Positions 42,548-55,768 of a DNA stretch of 64,000 nt are shown here, piece after piece. The position numbers and the translations under genes were made by a program. The notes under the pieces were generated by a model. The model worked only from the letters and a program-made list of their open reading frames with translations, searched no databases and was not told the DNA's origin. Position 1 is the first letter of the stretch, and each line of letters begins with the position of its first letter. Source of the stretch: an uncultured Thermoleophilia bacterium (GTDB lineage Bacteria; Actinomycetota; Thermoleophilia; UBA2241); NCBI GenBank assembly GCA_963702475.1, contig CAVPCT010000002.1, forward strand, positions 350,009 through 414,008, given 5' to 3'.

Positions 42548-42743
42548 GGTCGCATCGACCCGCAGCGCCGCCCACAATGGACGGGCGAACGGATTTCACT
42601 GCCGGCGTTGTCCCAATTGGCGTGTGGCGCGAGAGAGAGAATGGAGTGGGCGCTCGTGACCCAGTTCACAAGCGTGGTTTATTTTGACAGGATTCGGGAC
42701 ATTCTCAGGAGTGCCAACCGCGACGCGAGGAGGAGGTGAGACC

Positions 42744-42812
42744 ATGGGACCTGTCCCGTTCAACAAGACGCGGGTCAAGCAGGAGGATCGCTACGGCAAG
42801 CGCCGCAAGTGA
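42744..42812 (+). CDS. Small basic peptide MGPVPFNKTRVKQEDRYGKRRK (22 aa)
   Basis: Near-perfect SD AGGAGGTGA upstream of the ATG; downstream hairpin at 42860-42898. Confidence 0.45.
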   Translation: MGPVPFNKTRVKQEDRYGKRRK

Positions 42813-43173
42813 TCGAGGCGGACGATGAACGGCTCATCAGACAACGTGTCTTCGCCACCCGGGAGGGGCGGTTCCGTGAGTCAGGACCGCCCCTCTCGTC
42901 GCGTACGGGGACGGTGACGCCGACCTCCTCGGCCTCCGCCCCTCGCTGCTGAGGTCAGCTCTCGCAGGCGTTCGGGCAACCCCGCCACGCCTTCATGTCC
43001 ATGCAGGGGCACTCTGGATCCGGAGACCCGTCGGGGACCCGCGACGACCCGGACGACCCGCCGAACAGCCTTTTCGGGTACCCGCCGGGTACCCGCAGAC
43101 CGAGTGCCCGGACGGACATCCCGTCTGCCCGGGTGTGTCGCCGCGGCCGGCTTGCGGGCCGGGGTGACGGCCG

Positions 43174-45651
43174 TCAGCCGGCCCGGAACCTCCGCAGCCG
43201 CAGGCTGTTGGTCACCACGGTGACGCTGCTCAGGCCCATCGCCGCGGCCGCGTAGATCGGGTTGAGCAGGATGCCGAACGCCGGGTAGAACACGCCGGCC
43301 GCCAGCGGGATGAGGGCGACATTGTAGGCGAACGCCCAGAAGAGGTTCTGCTTGACGGTGCGGATCGTCGCCCGCGAGAGCTGGACGGCGGTCGCCACGC
43401 CACCGACGTCACCCGACATGAGCGTGACGTCGCTCGCCTCCATGGCGACGTCGGTACCAGTGCCGATGGCGATGCCGACGTCGGCCTGGGCGAGCGCCGG
43501 CGCGTCGTTGATGCCGTCGCCGACCATGGCCACGCGGCGGCCGTCCTGCTGCAGCGCGGCCACCTCGGCCGCCTTCTGCTCCGGCAGCACCCCGGCGACC
43601 ACGCGCTCGATGCCGACCTGCGCGGCGATCGCCCTCGCCGTCGCCTCCTGGTCGCCGGTCAGCATGAGGACGTCGAGGCCGAGATGCTTGAGGCGCGCCA
43701 CGGCCGCCGCGGAGCTCGGCTTGACCGTGTCGGCGATGGCGATCACCCCGACGGGCTCGTCGTCCACGACGACGGTCACCAGGGTCTTGCCCTGGCCCGC
43801 GAGCTTCGCCGCCCGCGCTCCTGCGGCGCCGGCGAGCCGCTCGTTGCCGGCCACGACCACGTGGCCGTCGACCTCGGCGCGGATGCCGTGGCCGGCGATG
43901 GCCTCGAACCCGGTCGCCGGCGGGACCTCGATGCCCCGCTCGGCGGCGGCGGCCAGGATGGCCACGGCGAGCGGGTGCTCGCTGCCGCGCTCGGCGCCGG
44001 CCACCAGCCGCAGGAGGCCGGCGTTGTCGAAGTGGTCGCCGACCGCGAAGTCGCTCCCGTGCCCGGACCCGAACAGCACCACGTCGGTCACGCGCGGTTT
44101 GCCCTCCGTGATCGTGCCCGTCTTGTCCAGCACCACGACGTCCAGCTTGTGCGCCGTCTCGAGCGCCGCGCCGTCGCGGATGAGCACGCCGTTCTCGGCG
44201 CCCTTGCCGGTGCCGACCATGATCGCCGTCGGGGTCGCCAGTCCCAGGGCGCAGGGACACGCGATGACGAGCACGGCGACGAAGTTGAGCAGCGCGTAGT
44301 TGAGCGCCGGCGACGGGCCGAGGACGAGCCAGACGACCAGCGTGACGGTCGCGATGACGATGACGGCCGGCACGAACCAGGCGGCGATCACGTCGGCCAG
44401 CCGGGCGATGGGCGGCTTGGAGCCCTGCGCCTGCTCGACGAGGCGCACGATCTGGGCCAGGGCGGTCTCGCTCCCGACCTTGGTCGCGCGGAAGGTGAAC
44501 GATCCGGTGGTGTTCATCGTGGCGCCGATGACCTCGTCGCCCGTGTGCTTGGTCACCGGGATCGGCTCGCCGGTGAGCATGCTCTCGTCCACCGGCGACG
44601 AGCCCTCCTCGAGGACGCCGTCCACCGGCACCTTCTCGCCGGGGCGCACGACGACGAGGTCGCCGACCAGCACCTGCGCGACCGGCACATCGGTCTCGGC
44701 GCCGCCCCGCACCACGCGCGCCGTCTTGGGCTGCAGGCCGATGAGCGCCTTGATGGCGGCTCCGGTCTGCCCCTTGGCGCGCGCCTCGAGCAGCCGCCCG
44801 AGCAGGATGAGCGTGATGATGAAGGCCGAGGAGTCGAAGTACATCGGCTCGCCGAGGCCCTGGTGCTCGAAGAACGCCGGGAAGAGCACGCCGAGCACGC
44901 TGTAGATGTAGGCCGCGGACGACCCCATCGCGACGAGCGTGTTCATCGTCGTCGTGCCGTGCTTCAGCGCCGCCCACGCGGTGGTGTAGAACTGCCAGCC
45001 GACCCAGAACTGCACGACGCTCGCGAGCGCCCACAGGAAGTAGCCGTTGTGCATCCACTCCGGCAGGAAAGTGAACCAGTGCGGCTGCATCGTGCCGGCG
45101 AAGATGACGACGCTGAGGACGAAGCCGACGGTGACCTTGAGCTTGAGCTTGCGGTAGGCGGCGGCGCGGGCGGCGTCTTCGGCGTCCGCCGCCGCCTCCA
45201 CGCCCTCCTCGCCCGTGCCGGGCGCCGGCTCCACGACGTCGTAGCCGGCGCCGCGCACGGCCTCCACGAGGTCGCGGTAGCTCGCCTGGCCGGGGATGTA
45301 CGTCACCGTCGCCTTCTCGGTGGCGAGGTTGACGTCGGCCTTGAGGACGCCGGGCGGGTTGCGCAGCGCCTTCTCCACCCGCCCGACGCAGCTCGCGCAG
45401 GTCATGCCGATGATCGGCAGCGTCTCCTGCGCGGTCACGACGCCGTAGCCGGCGCCCTCGATGGCCCCGACCAGGTCGCCGGTGGAGACCTCGCCCGGGT
45501 CGAACGTCACGGTCGCCTTCTCCGTGGCGAGGTTGACGGACGCCTTGCCGACGCCGTCCGCCTTGCCGATGGCGCGCTCGACCCTCGCGACGCAACTCGC
45601 GCAGGTCATGCCGGTGACCGGCAGTTCGATGGTGGTCTCGTGGTCGCTCAT
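43174..45651 (-). CDS. copA: Cu(I)-exporting P1B-type ATPase with two HMA domains
   Basis: Two GMTCASC, TGEP, CPC, DKTGT, SEHP, GDGIND, YN and MxxSS Cu(I) signatures. Confidence 0.95.
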   Translation of the reverse strand: MSDHETTIELPVTGMTCASCVARVERAIGKADGVGKASVNLATEKATVTFDPGEVSTGDLVGAIEGAGYGVVTAQETLPIIGMTCASCVGRVEKALRNPPGVLKADVNLATEKATVTYIPGQASYRDLVEAVRGAGYDVVEPAPGTGEEGVEAAADAEDAARAAAYRKLKLKVTVGFVLSVVIFAGTMQPHWFTFLPEWMHNGYFLWALASVVQFWVGWQFYTTAWAALKHGTTTMNTLVAMGSSAAYIYSVLGVLFPAFFEHQGLGEPMYFDSSAFIITLILLGRLLEARAKGQTGAAIKALIGLQPKTARVVRGGAETDVPVAQVLVGDLVVVRPGEKVPVDGVLEEGSSPVDESMLTGEPIPVTKHTGDEVIGATMNTTGSFTFRATKVGSETALAQIVRLVEQAQGSKPPIARLADVIAAWFVPAVIVIATVTLVVWLVLGPSPALNYALLNFVAVLVIACPCALGLATPTAIMVGTGKGAENGVLIRDGAALETAHKLDVVVLDKTGTITEGKPRVTDVVLFGSGHGSDFAVGDHFDNAGLLRLVAGAERGSEHPLAVAILAAAAERGIEVPPATGFEAIAGHGIRAEVDGHVVVAGNERLAGAAGARAAKLAGQGKTLVTVVVDDEPVGVIAIADTVKPSSAAAVARLKHLGLDVLMLTGDQEATARAIAAQVGIERVVAGVLPEQKAAEVAALQQDGRRVAMVGDGINDAPALAQADVGIAIGTGTDVAMEASDVTLMSGDVGGVATAVQLSRATIRTVKQNLFWAFAYNVALIPLAAGVFYPAFGILLNPIYAAAAMGLSSVTVVTNSLRLRRFRAG

Positions 45652-45687
45652 CTGCCTTCACGTGTGTTCCCGGGCTCAAACCGATGG

Positions 45688-45701
45688 TACCCCTCAGGGT
45701 A
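45688..45701. promoter_or_regulatory. CsoR-type operator upstream of copA
   Basis: TACCC-CTCA-GGGTA dyad about 37 bp upstream of the copA start. Confidence 0.7.
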
Positions 45702-45770
45702 TCTGCTGAGCGACTCCCCTCGCGCCCGGTATGATTGCCCGCGGCACGACAGCGACGAAGCGAGAGAACG

Positions 45771-47075
45771 ATGGCCATCTGGGACCCGCAGCACGAGACC
45801 ATGGACCGCGAGCGCGTGGAGGCGTTGCAGCTCGAGCGGCTGCGCACGTTGCTCGCACGCGTGTACGACGGGTCCCGTTCTACCGCGGCGCGCTCGACGA
45901 GGCCGGGTTCGCGCCCGGCGACCTCTCCAGCCTCGACGACCTGAGCCGCCTGCCGTTCACGGAGAAGAACGACTTCCGCGACGCGTATCCCTACGGCTTG
46001 TTCGCCGTCCCGCTGGACGAGGTGGTCGAGATCCACTCGTCGTCCGGGACCACGGGCAAGGCCGTCGTCGGCGGCTACACGCGCGCCGACCTCGAGATCT
46101 GGACGGAGCTGGTCTGCCGCCTCTCCGTCGCCGCCGGCGCGCACAGCGGCGACATCGCGCAGATCGCCTTCGGCTACGGCATGTTCACCGGCGGGTTCGG
46201 CCTGCACTACGGGCTGCAGAAGGCCGGCGTCGCGGTGGTGCCCATCAGCGCCGGCAACACGGCGCGCCAGATCAAGGTCATGGAGGACTTCGGCACGACG
46301 ATCCTCATCGCCACGCCGTCCTACGCGCTCTACATCGGCGAGGTGCTCCAGAAGCATGGCATCGACCCGGCGAGCCTCAAGCTGCGGCTGGGCATGTTCG
46401 GCGCCGAGACCTGCAGCGAGGAGATGCGGGCGCAGATCGAGGCCCGCCTGCCGATGGTCGCCACCGACAACTACGGGCTCACCGAGCTCACCGGATCCGG
46501 GCGTGGCCGGCGAGTGCGAGTGCCGCGCCGGCATGCACATCGCCGAGGACCACTTCATCGCCGAGTGCCTCGACCCGGTCACCGGCGAGCCGGTGCCGGA
46601 GGGCGAGGTCGGCGAGCTGGTCGTCACGGCCATGACGCGGGAGTGCTCGCCGGTGCTGCGCTACCGCACCCGCGACCTCACCACGCTCACGCGCGAGCCC
46701 TGCGCCTGCGGGCGCACCACCGCGCGCATGGGCAAGGTCGTCGGCCGCACCGACGACATGTTCATCATCAGCGGCGTCAACATCTTCCCCTCGCACGTCG
46801 AGAGCGTGCTCTTCCAGATCGAGGGGGTCGAGCCGTTCTACCAGATCGTGCTGGGCCGCTCGCCTTCGGGGCTGGACACGTTCGAGGTGCACGTGGAGGT
46901 CACGGACACCCTGTTCGACGGCTGGATGGACGACCTGAGGGCGTTCGAGCGCCGAGTGACCGAAGAGCTCCGCTCGGCGCTCCTGGTGCGGCCCAGGGTC
47001 AAGCTCGTCGAGCCGGGCTCGCTCGAGCGCAGCGAGGGCAAGGCCAAGCGCGTCATCGACGAGCGGCCGGCCTGA
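45771..47075 (+). CDS. Phenylacetate-CoA ligase family (PaaK-like); two frameshifts
   Basis: LQLERL, YPYGLF, SSGTTGK, GYGMFTGGFG, NYGLTE, RYRTRD, GRTDDM, KAKRVID. Confidence 0.9.
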
Positions 47076-47514
47076 CCCTGCGGCGGCCGGCCCGGACGCG
47101 GTTGTCGGGCCGCGGGGCCAGGTACACGTACAGGCCGACGGCGCGAGCCCCCGCTTCGCGCCGCCGGCCAGTGTCAAGGTCGACTTGGAAGGAATCTCTC
47201 TCTCAGAGTCTTCCGGTCTCCTGGCCCTAGTGTCGGGCCCTCGCGCGGACTAGCGGATAGAACAGGCGTCTAGACGCCCGCGCCGGCGTCGCCGGGGCGG
47301 ACAACGTCCGCCGAGGAGATGCCCTTCTGATGGGCGCGGCGCATGGGCGAGCGGCATTCGAGCCGCCGGTCAACGGCGACTGTCATCCCGATTCGCGATT
47401 CGTCTATATCATTCATCCAGTAGGACCCTTGCCAAGAAGCAGAGTCCGATGTAACGTTTTGCGTGGGTAGACAATCGAAACGCCCGATTACGGGCCTCGC
47501 GAGGAGGGGTTTCA

Positions 47515-48730
47515 ATGCTCAAGCGCTTGAGCGTGTTCCTGCTGGTCACTACGATCCTGGTGCTGGCGTTGGCTGTGCCCGCGCTGGCTCAAGCCAAGGT
47601 CTCTTCGGTGACCAAGCCCAAGTTCTCGGCTCCACCAGTCGCGGGTATCCCGTTCACCGCGTCGGGAGCTGGTGCGGCCGAAGGCTACCGCGGGGTCGGC
47701 GACCGTGGTCAAGCTCGGTCTGTACGCGTTCGCCGACGGGAAGTGGGGAGCACGGGGCGTGTACCGCGCGAAGCTCGACGTCTCCGGCGCGCAGTACTCC
47801 CGGCAGCTCACCGTCGCGGCGGAGGGCAAGTACGGCGTCAGGGCGTTTCACTACCGCGCGGGGAAGCTCGTCGCCAAGTCCGCACTCTCCAAGTTCGACG
47901 TGGCGCTGCGGGTCACCATCGACTCCAACGTCAACGGGTGGATGGCTCCGGAGCTCGGCGAGGCGACGGCACCGGCTGGCACTCCCCTGGACGTCGTGTT
48001 CACGACGCCGTCCGACTGGGCCTCCGGCGCGTCTACGCAAGCTCAACGGCGCAGCGCACTTCATCTGGGGTGACTTCCAGAAGGTCGACGCCGACGGGCT
48101 GATCTGGCACACCGACGGCCTGGAGGCCGGCCGCTACGACTGGATGCGCGACACGATGCCCAAGTGGGGCACGGGCTGCCTGGTCGTCGCGCAGCAGATC
48201 GAGCATCGACAAGATGTCGCACGAGGACACAGCACGCACTGCCGTACCTTCCGGCGGACATCTCCTTCGGCGAGGTCGAGCTCCGCCGGTATGGGCTGCG
48301 ACCGCAGCATCGCCTTCGTCACGCGCATCTTCTCGCAGACGAGCGCGGATCCGCTCGTGTGGCACACCGACGGCCTCGTACCCGGCAACTACGACTGGAA
48401 GTGCTGGATGGACGACTGCTACTTCGGCAAGCTGGTGGTCGACGATGCCGCCGACGTGGCCGTAGATTCCGGGAGTCCGCACGACGTCGTGACCAACGTG
48501 GCGGCGAGCACGCCGTTCAGACTTCGTCTTCACGGGGCCGGCGCACGAGATGATGTGCTGGCGGACCATCCACTTCACGACGGCGGGCAGCGACCTCACC
48601 AAGACCACGTCGTTCACCCCGACGGACCAGCACGCTGACCTGGCACACGGATGGTCTCGCCGCCGGCTCTTACGAGTGGGAGTGCTGGATGGGGCCGCAG
48701 TGCCACCACGGCACCGTCGTGGTCAACTAG
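47515..48730 (+). CDS. Secreted protein with a basic beta-rich N-domain and three cupredoxin-like repeats; heavily frameshifted
   Basis: Signal peptide; repeats IWHTDGLEAGRYDW, VWHTDGLVPGNYDWKCWMDDC and TWHTDGLAAGSYEWECWMGPQC reconstructed across frames. Confidence 0.65.
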
Positions 48731-48740
48731 GAGGAAGACA

Positions 48741-49148
48741 ATGCGCAAGACCCTGACGGGCATCGTCATGGTGGTCCTGGTCGCGGCACTGCTGGCCTGC
48801 GCGACCACGGTCGCCGGCGCCCGGGTCAAGTACACCACCAGCAAGCCGGCGGTCTCCAACGCGCCGAAGAAGGACAGGCCGTTCGTCACCTCCGGCTACA
48901 TCACGCCCAAGTCCACGGCGTCCAACCGCGCCACCGTCAAGATCATCCTCTGGATGAAGTACGACGACGGCTGGGGCGTCATGGACACGTACTGGACCAA
49001 GCTCTCGGCGCGGAACTCGAAGAGCACCAAGTACTCGGTCACCATCACCATCCCGATGAAGGGTGACCACGGGGTGCAGGCCATCCAGTACCGCAAGGGC
49101 AAGAAGGTCTCCAAGTCCGCGACCAGGTACTTCTACGTCACGCCGTAG
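48741..49148 (+). CDS. Secreted basic beta-rich hypothetical protein
   Basis: GGAGG SD, signal peptide, resembles the N-domain of the upstream protein. Confidence 0.7.
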   Translation: MRKTLTGIVMVVLVAALLACATTVAGARVKYTTSKPAVSNAPKKDRPFVTSGYITPKSTASNRATVKIILWMKYDDGWGVMDTYWTKLSARNSKSTKYSVTITIPMKGDHGVQAIQYRKGKKVSKSATRYFYVTP

Positions 49149-49153
49149 GCACG

Positions 49154-49693
49154 ATGGCTGACGAGGAGCAAGGGGAGGAGCGCGTCACGCGGCCACGCAC
49201 GTGGGTCCGTGACGCGCTCCTGCTCGTCGTCGTGTTCGCCGTGGCCGTGCCCGCGGTCCTGCTGGTCGCCAAGGCCATGACGCACGACGACGACCTCAAG
49301 ATGGTCGCGGGGGCGTCCGCGAGCGCCGCCGCCCTCCCGAGTCCCACCGGCGCGCCCCAGTCCTGCACGAGTTGCTGGGTGGACAAGGGCGCGCCGTCCC
49401 CGGACTTCCCCGGCGAGACCACGCTCGTGGACGGCGTCCAGGTGCTGAACGTCGGCCTCGTCGGCGGCTACTACCGGCCCAACCGGTTCACGGTGCAGGC
49501 CGGCGTCCCCGTGAAGGTGGTGTTCACCGGATACGCCCAGGACTGCCTCGGCCAGCCGGAGTTCCCGGAGCTCGGGCTCAAGGGAGACATGAGCAGCGGT
49601 CAGGCCGTGTTCCCGCTGGGCGAGCTCGAGCCGGGCACCTACCAGTTCACCTGCAGCATGGGGGTCAACGAGGGCGAGATCACGGCGGAGTGA
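49154..49693 (+). CDS. Membrane-anchored cupredoxin-domain protein (CupA-like)
   Basis: TM helix, CTSC, YRPNRFTVQAGVPVKVVF, DC, PGTYQFTCSMG. Confidence 0.78.
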   Translation: MADEEQGEERVTRPRTWVRDALLLVVVFAVAVPAVLLVAKAMTHDDDLKMVAGASASAAALPSPTGAPQSCTSCWVDKGAPSPDFPGETTLVDGVQVLNVGLVGGYYRPNRFTVQAGVPVKVVFTGYAQDCLGQPEFPELGLKGDMSSGQAVFPLGELEPGTYQFTCSMGVNEGEITAE

Positions 49694-49720
49694 CGGCGAC
49701 CGGGCGCGCGCCGCCGCCGG

Positions 49721-51763
<2,043 letters not shown>

Positions 51764-52135
51764 ACTGACCTCCCGCCGGGTCATGCTCAGTCTAGCGTAT
51801 CGGCACGCGGCGGTGAGGCTTGATGCGACGTCCGGGGTGGATGTTCGCGGGTGACGTTGCGGCGGGTGGCGGGGAGAAAGTGCCGGGCCGGCGGGGGCCT
51901 TCACCGGATGCGGGCTGTCCGATATATGGAACGAAGGAGACCGGCCCGGCTGAGAGAGAGGATGAGATGCCGGACCGAAGCCCGGTGAGTAGTCCTACCC
52001 GTGTCTCGCACCCCTGCGTATCGGCAGTGGGGGGTCCCTCTTGAGGGGGCCGGCCGGCAAAGCGTTGTCAGGCCGGACGGTCGCCGGCGACCGCGCGTCG
52101 GCTATACTGCGGCGTCAAAGATGCAAGGAGCGCCC

Positions 52136-53475
52136 GTGTTCAGCAAGATCCTCATCGCCAACCGCGGAGAGATCGCCATCCGCGTCATCCGCGCCTGTCG
52201 CGAGCTCGGCGTCGCCTCGGTCGCCGTGTACAGCGAGGCCGACGCCGACTGCCTGCACGTCCGGTATGCCGACGAGGCCGTGTGCATCGGGCCGGCGCCG
52301 GCAGCGCAGAGCTACCTCGTCATGCCGGCGCTCATCCAGGCCGCGCTGCAGAGCGGCGCCGAGGCCATCCACCCCGGGTACGGGTTCCTGGCCGAGCGCG
52401 CCGAGTTCAGCCGCCTCTGCCGGGAGCAGGACATCAAGTTCATCGGCCCCTCGCCGGAGAGCATCGAGATGATGGGCGACAAGGCGCAGGCACGCGCGAC
52501 GATGACCGCCGCCGGCGTGCCGGTCACGCCCGGGTCGGAGGGCATCATCGAGAGCGCCGCCGAGGCTGAGGTCGTCGCCCGCGACATCGGCCTGCCGGTG
52601 ATGGTCAAGGCGTCCGCCGGTGGCGGAGGCAAGGGCATCCGCATCGTCAAGGAGGCCTCCGAGCTGGCCGGCGCCGTGCGTCAGGCGCAGGCAGAGGCCG
52701 AGGCGGCGTTCGGCAACGGCGCCGTCTACGTGGAGAAGTACATCGGCGCGCCGCGCCACATCGAGATCCAGGTGCTTGCCGACGGCAAGGGCCACGGCAT
52801 CCACCTCGGCGAGCGCGACTGCAGCATCCAGCGGCGCCACCAGAAGCTCATCGAAGAGGCGCCGTCGCCGGCCGTGAGCCCCGAGCTGCGCGCGCAGATG
52901 GGCGAGGCGGCCGTCGCCGCCGCCGTGGCCGCGCACTACGAGGGCGCCGGCACCGTCGAGTTCCTGCTCGACAGCGACGGCAGCTTCTACTTCATGGAGA
53001 TGAACACCCGCGTGCAGGTCGAGCACTGCGTCACGGAGATGGTGAGCGGCGTGGACATCGTCAAGACCGGCATCCGCATCGCCGCCGGCGAGGGGCTGCC
53101 GCTCGCGCAGGACGACATCCGCTCGAGGGCCACGCCATCGAGTTCCGCATCAACGCCGAGGACCCGGCGGAGAACTTCATGCCGTCACCCGGCGTGGTCA
53201 CGCAGTGGATCCCGCCGGGCGGTCCGTGGGTGCGTCTCGACAGCCACGTCTACCAGGGCTACCTGGTGCCGCCGTTCTACGACAGCCTGCTCGGCAAGCT
53301 CATCGTCTGGGGGCGCGACCGCGAGGAGTGCCTCGCGCGCTCTCGCTGGGCGCTCGACCAGTTCCTCGTGGACGGCGTCAAGACCGTGATCCCGTTCCAC
53401 CGCCTGGTGATCGACCACCCGTTGTTCGTGGCTGGCGACGTCAACACGCACTTCATCGAGGACCACCTGGGCTGA
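52136..53475 (+). CDS. accC: Biotin carboxylase (frameshift near 53125)
   Basis: [56 protein letters not shown]. Confidence 0.93.
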
Positions 53476-53529
53476 GCGACGGCGCGGGCGGCGTGGCCTC
53501 GCGCGCTGGTCCCGCGCCTCGAGGCCGCG

Positions 53530-53768
53530 TCACGTCGCGCGAGCGAACGGCGGTCCGCTCGCGATGCTGTCAGAGCGACGAGCCGCCGATCCACACGACG
53601 GCCACACCGGCGCCGACGACTCCGCTTACCACATGGCCTATCATGCCACGAGGCGCGAACACCACGGACACCAGGACCACGATGACGCCCAGAAGACCGC
53701 ATGGCCCGTACTTGTCCAGGAAGTCGACGAACCAGGTGAGGGCGCGGGCGCGCGGCGTGGCTCCTCAT
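53530..53768 (-). CDS. Possible small membrane protein, frameshifted
   Basis: Hydrophobic frame LTWFVDFLDKYGPCGLLGVIVVLVSVVF...VVWIGG directly downstream of the CinA-like gene; ends uncertain. Confidence 0.3.
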
Positions 53769-53790
53769 CGCCTGGCCCCGCGCGCGAGCA

Positions 53791-54675
53791 TCAGTCGTCC
53801 GCGCCGGGCGGGTCGGGAGGCGCGGGGCGGACGGCGAAGCCGGCGGCGGCGACCTGCGCCAGCAGCTGGTCCGCCGCCGGCGTCAGGAGCGCGGCGACGG
53901 CGGCTTCGTCCTCGCCGCGCCCGCTCAGCGTGACCTTGATCACGCGCGTGCTGCCCAGCACCTTGGCGCGCGACTTGACGTACACCGCCGGGTGCTGCTC
54001 CTCGGCGGCGCGCAGGATGTCGGCGATCGCCGACTCGTCCTGCAGCTCCACCTCGAGCGAGCGCTCCTCGTAGCACGCGTCGCCGAACACCTCGGCCGCC
54101 AGCGGGCCGAGCGACTCGTCGACGATCGCCTTGAGCTCGCCCGGCACGCCGGGCAGCGAGACGACGCGCGTCTCGCCGCTGCGGCAGAGCACGCCGGGGG
54201 CGCCGCCGATGGGGTTGACCAGCGGCTCGGCGCCGGCCGGCAGCCGCGCCATCTTGCGCCGGTTCTCGTTGAGCTCCGGGAACGGCACGAAGCCGGCGGC
54301 GTGGAACTCCACGTACTTCGCCGCCACCATCTTCTCGGCCTCGGGGTGCAGCTCCAGCGGGACCCCGAGGCCCAGGGCGACGCCCTCGAGCGTGCGGTCG
54401 TCGCTGGTCGGGCCGAGCCCGCCGACGGTGAAGACGAGTGCGGGCACGCGGCCGAGGCAGCTGCGCAGCTCGGCCCCGATCGCGTCCACGTCGTCGCGCA
54501 GCATCACCGTCCGGCGCACGAGCCCGCCGAGCGCCGTGACGCGCGTGCACAGCCAGTTGGTGTTGGTGTCGAGCACGTCGCCGATGAGCACCTCGTTGCC
54601 CGCCGAGACGATCTCGACGATGGGCGCGCCGGTGGCCGGGTCGACGGGGCCGTGCGTCGGGATGCTGCCGCTCAT
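53791..54675 (-). CDS. CinA-like protein (molybdopterin-binding/MocF domain, no PncC domain)
   Basis: SAGNEVLIGDVLDTN, GGLGPTSDDRT, NPIGGAPG, LPGVPGE. Confidence 0.88.
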   Translation of the reverse strand: MSGSIPTHGPVDPATGAPIVEIVSAGNEVLIGDVLDTNTNWLCTRVTALGGLVRRTVMLRDDVDAIGAELRSCLGRVPALVFTVGGLGPTSDDRTLEGVALGLGVPLELHPEAEKMVAAKYVEFHAAGFVPFPELNENRRKMARLPAGAEPLVNPIGGAPGVLCRSGETRVVSLPGVPGELKAIVDESLGPLAAEVFGDACYEERSLEVELQDESAIADILRAAEEQHPAVYVKSRAKVLGSTRVIKVTLSGRGEDEAAVAALLTPAADQLLAQVAAAGFAVRPAPPDPPGADD

Positions 54676-54784
54676 GGGTGCAGTCTCGCAGACGGCCCGC
54701 GGAACGGGCAAGGCCGCGGAGGGAACGCCGGGGCCGGCGCCCGCAGCGGGTATACTCCCGAGCGTACTCGAGGAGGAGCAGCCG

Positions 54785-55489
54785 ATGCCGACCAAGCCCC
54801 TGACCATCGTCCAGCACGAGCCCGACGACCCGCCCGGCAGCATCGCCGTGGCGCTCGAGGAGCTCGGCGTGCCGTTCGAGGTGTGCCGCGTCGACCTGGG
54901 CGAGGCGCTGCCGTCGACGCCGCAGGACACAGCCGGCCTCATCAGCCTGGGCGGCGCGATGCACGCCGACCAGCAGCACGAGTACCCCTTCCTCGAGACC
55001 GAGATCCACCTGATGCGGCGCATGGTCCACGAGGGTGCGCCGGTCTGGGGCATCTGCCTCGGCGCGCAGCTCCTCGCCATCGCCGCCGGCGGCGCCGCCT
55101 ACAAGCGCAAGCGCGCCGAGGTGGGCTGGACCAGCATCGAGAAGGTCGCCGACGACCCGCTGCTGCACGGCATCTCGTCGCCGTTCGTCGCCTTCAACTG
55201 GCACGCCTACTCCTGCAAGATCTCCCCGACGTCGCACCTCGTGGCCGTGTGCGGCGACGGCGTCCAGGTGTTCCGCGCCGGAGGGCGCGCCTGGGGCACG
55301 CAGTTCCACCCCGAGGTCGACGCCGAGATGGCGCCGCACTGGGTGCGCGACGCCGTCCAGGAGCAGAAGCACCTGGGGCCGTCGTTCGCGGAGGACCTGC
55401 AGAGGGAGACCGACGAGCGCCTCGCGGCCTACCCTGCGTTCTGCCGCCGGATCACTGAGAACTTCGTCGTCAACTCCGGCCTCGTCTAG
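54785..55489 (+). CDS. Class I glutamine amidotransferase-like protein
   Basis: LGG oxyanion strand, GICLGAQ, QFHPE. Confidence 0.9.
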   Translation: MPTKPLTIVQHEPDDPPGSIAVALEELGVPFEVCRVDLGEALPSTPQDTAGLISLGGAMHADQQHEYPFLETEIHLMRRMVHEGAPVWGICLGAQLLAIAAGGAAYKRKRAEVGWTSIEKVADDPLLHGISSPFVAFNWHAYSCKISPTSHLVAVCGDGVQVFRAGGRAWGTQFHPEVDAEMAPHWVRDAVQEQKHLGPSFAEDLQRETDERLAAYPAFCRRITENFVVNSGLV

Positions 55490-55526
55490 GCCGACAAGAC
55501 TCCGTAGCAGGCGACCCGACCCGTAC

Positions 55527-55675
55527 GCACAAAGGCGGCGCCGGGGAAGCGCCGCCTCGTGCACCAGTTTCCTGGCAGCCCCCCGGGGAGGGGGGCCTGT
55601 GAAAGGAGCCATGGGGTGGTACCCGGAGGTACCTTGCGTAGAGGAGGGGTGTGTGGAGGGGGACTCCGCTACGCA
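55527..55675 (-). ncRNA. Candidate multi-hairpin sRNA with C-rich loops
   Basis: Extended -10 TGGTAATAT (minus strand, 55690-55682) just upstream; five stems; three A-C mismatches on + become G-U pairs on -; GAAA tetraloop. Confidence 0.55.
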
Positions 55676-55768
55676 GACGGTATATTACCACCACCATGAC
55701 AGTTGAAACCACATCCGTAGTGTTAAGCAATGTGAAGCGGGCTCACGACGGGCTCGGGAGGGGCGAAC

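Noticed and set aside
42900-43170. Short GACCC/GGGTACCC repeats downstream of copA
   Set aside because: Irregular, short and GC-rich; no consistent unit or structure that I can support.
45771-47075. PaaK-like ligase as part of the polyphenol regulon
   Set aside because: It lies 15 kb away and lacks the shared operator; PaaK-like ligases are common in anaerobes.
51930-52050. TPP or glycine riboswitch suggested by GCTGAGA, GGAGA and CCGAAG upstream of accC
   Set aside because: The remaining conserved elements (CCTGAT...GCGTAGGGA for TPP; CTCTCAGG for glycine) are absent.
55527-55675. CsrB/RsmZ-like sRNA on the + strand (GGA motifs in loops)
   Set aside because: On + three stems contain A-C mismatches and there is no promoter; the minus strand has G-U pairs, a GAAA tetraloop and an extended -10.
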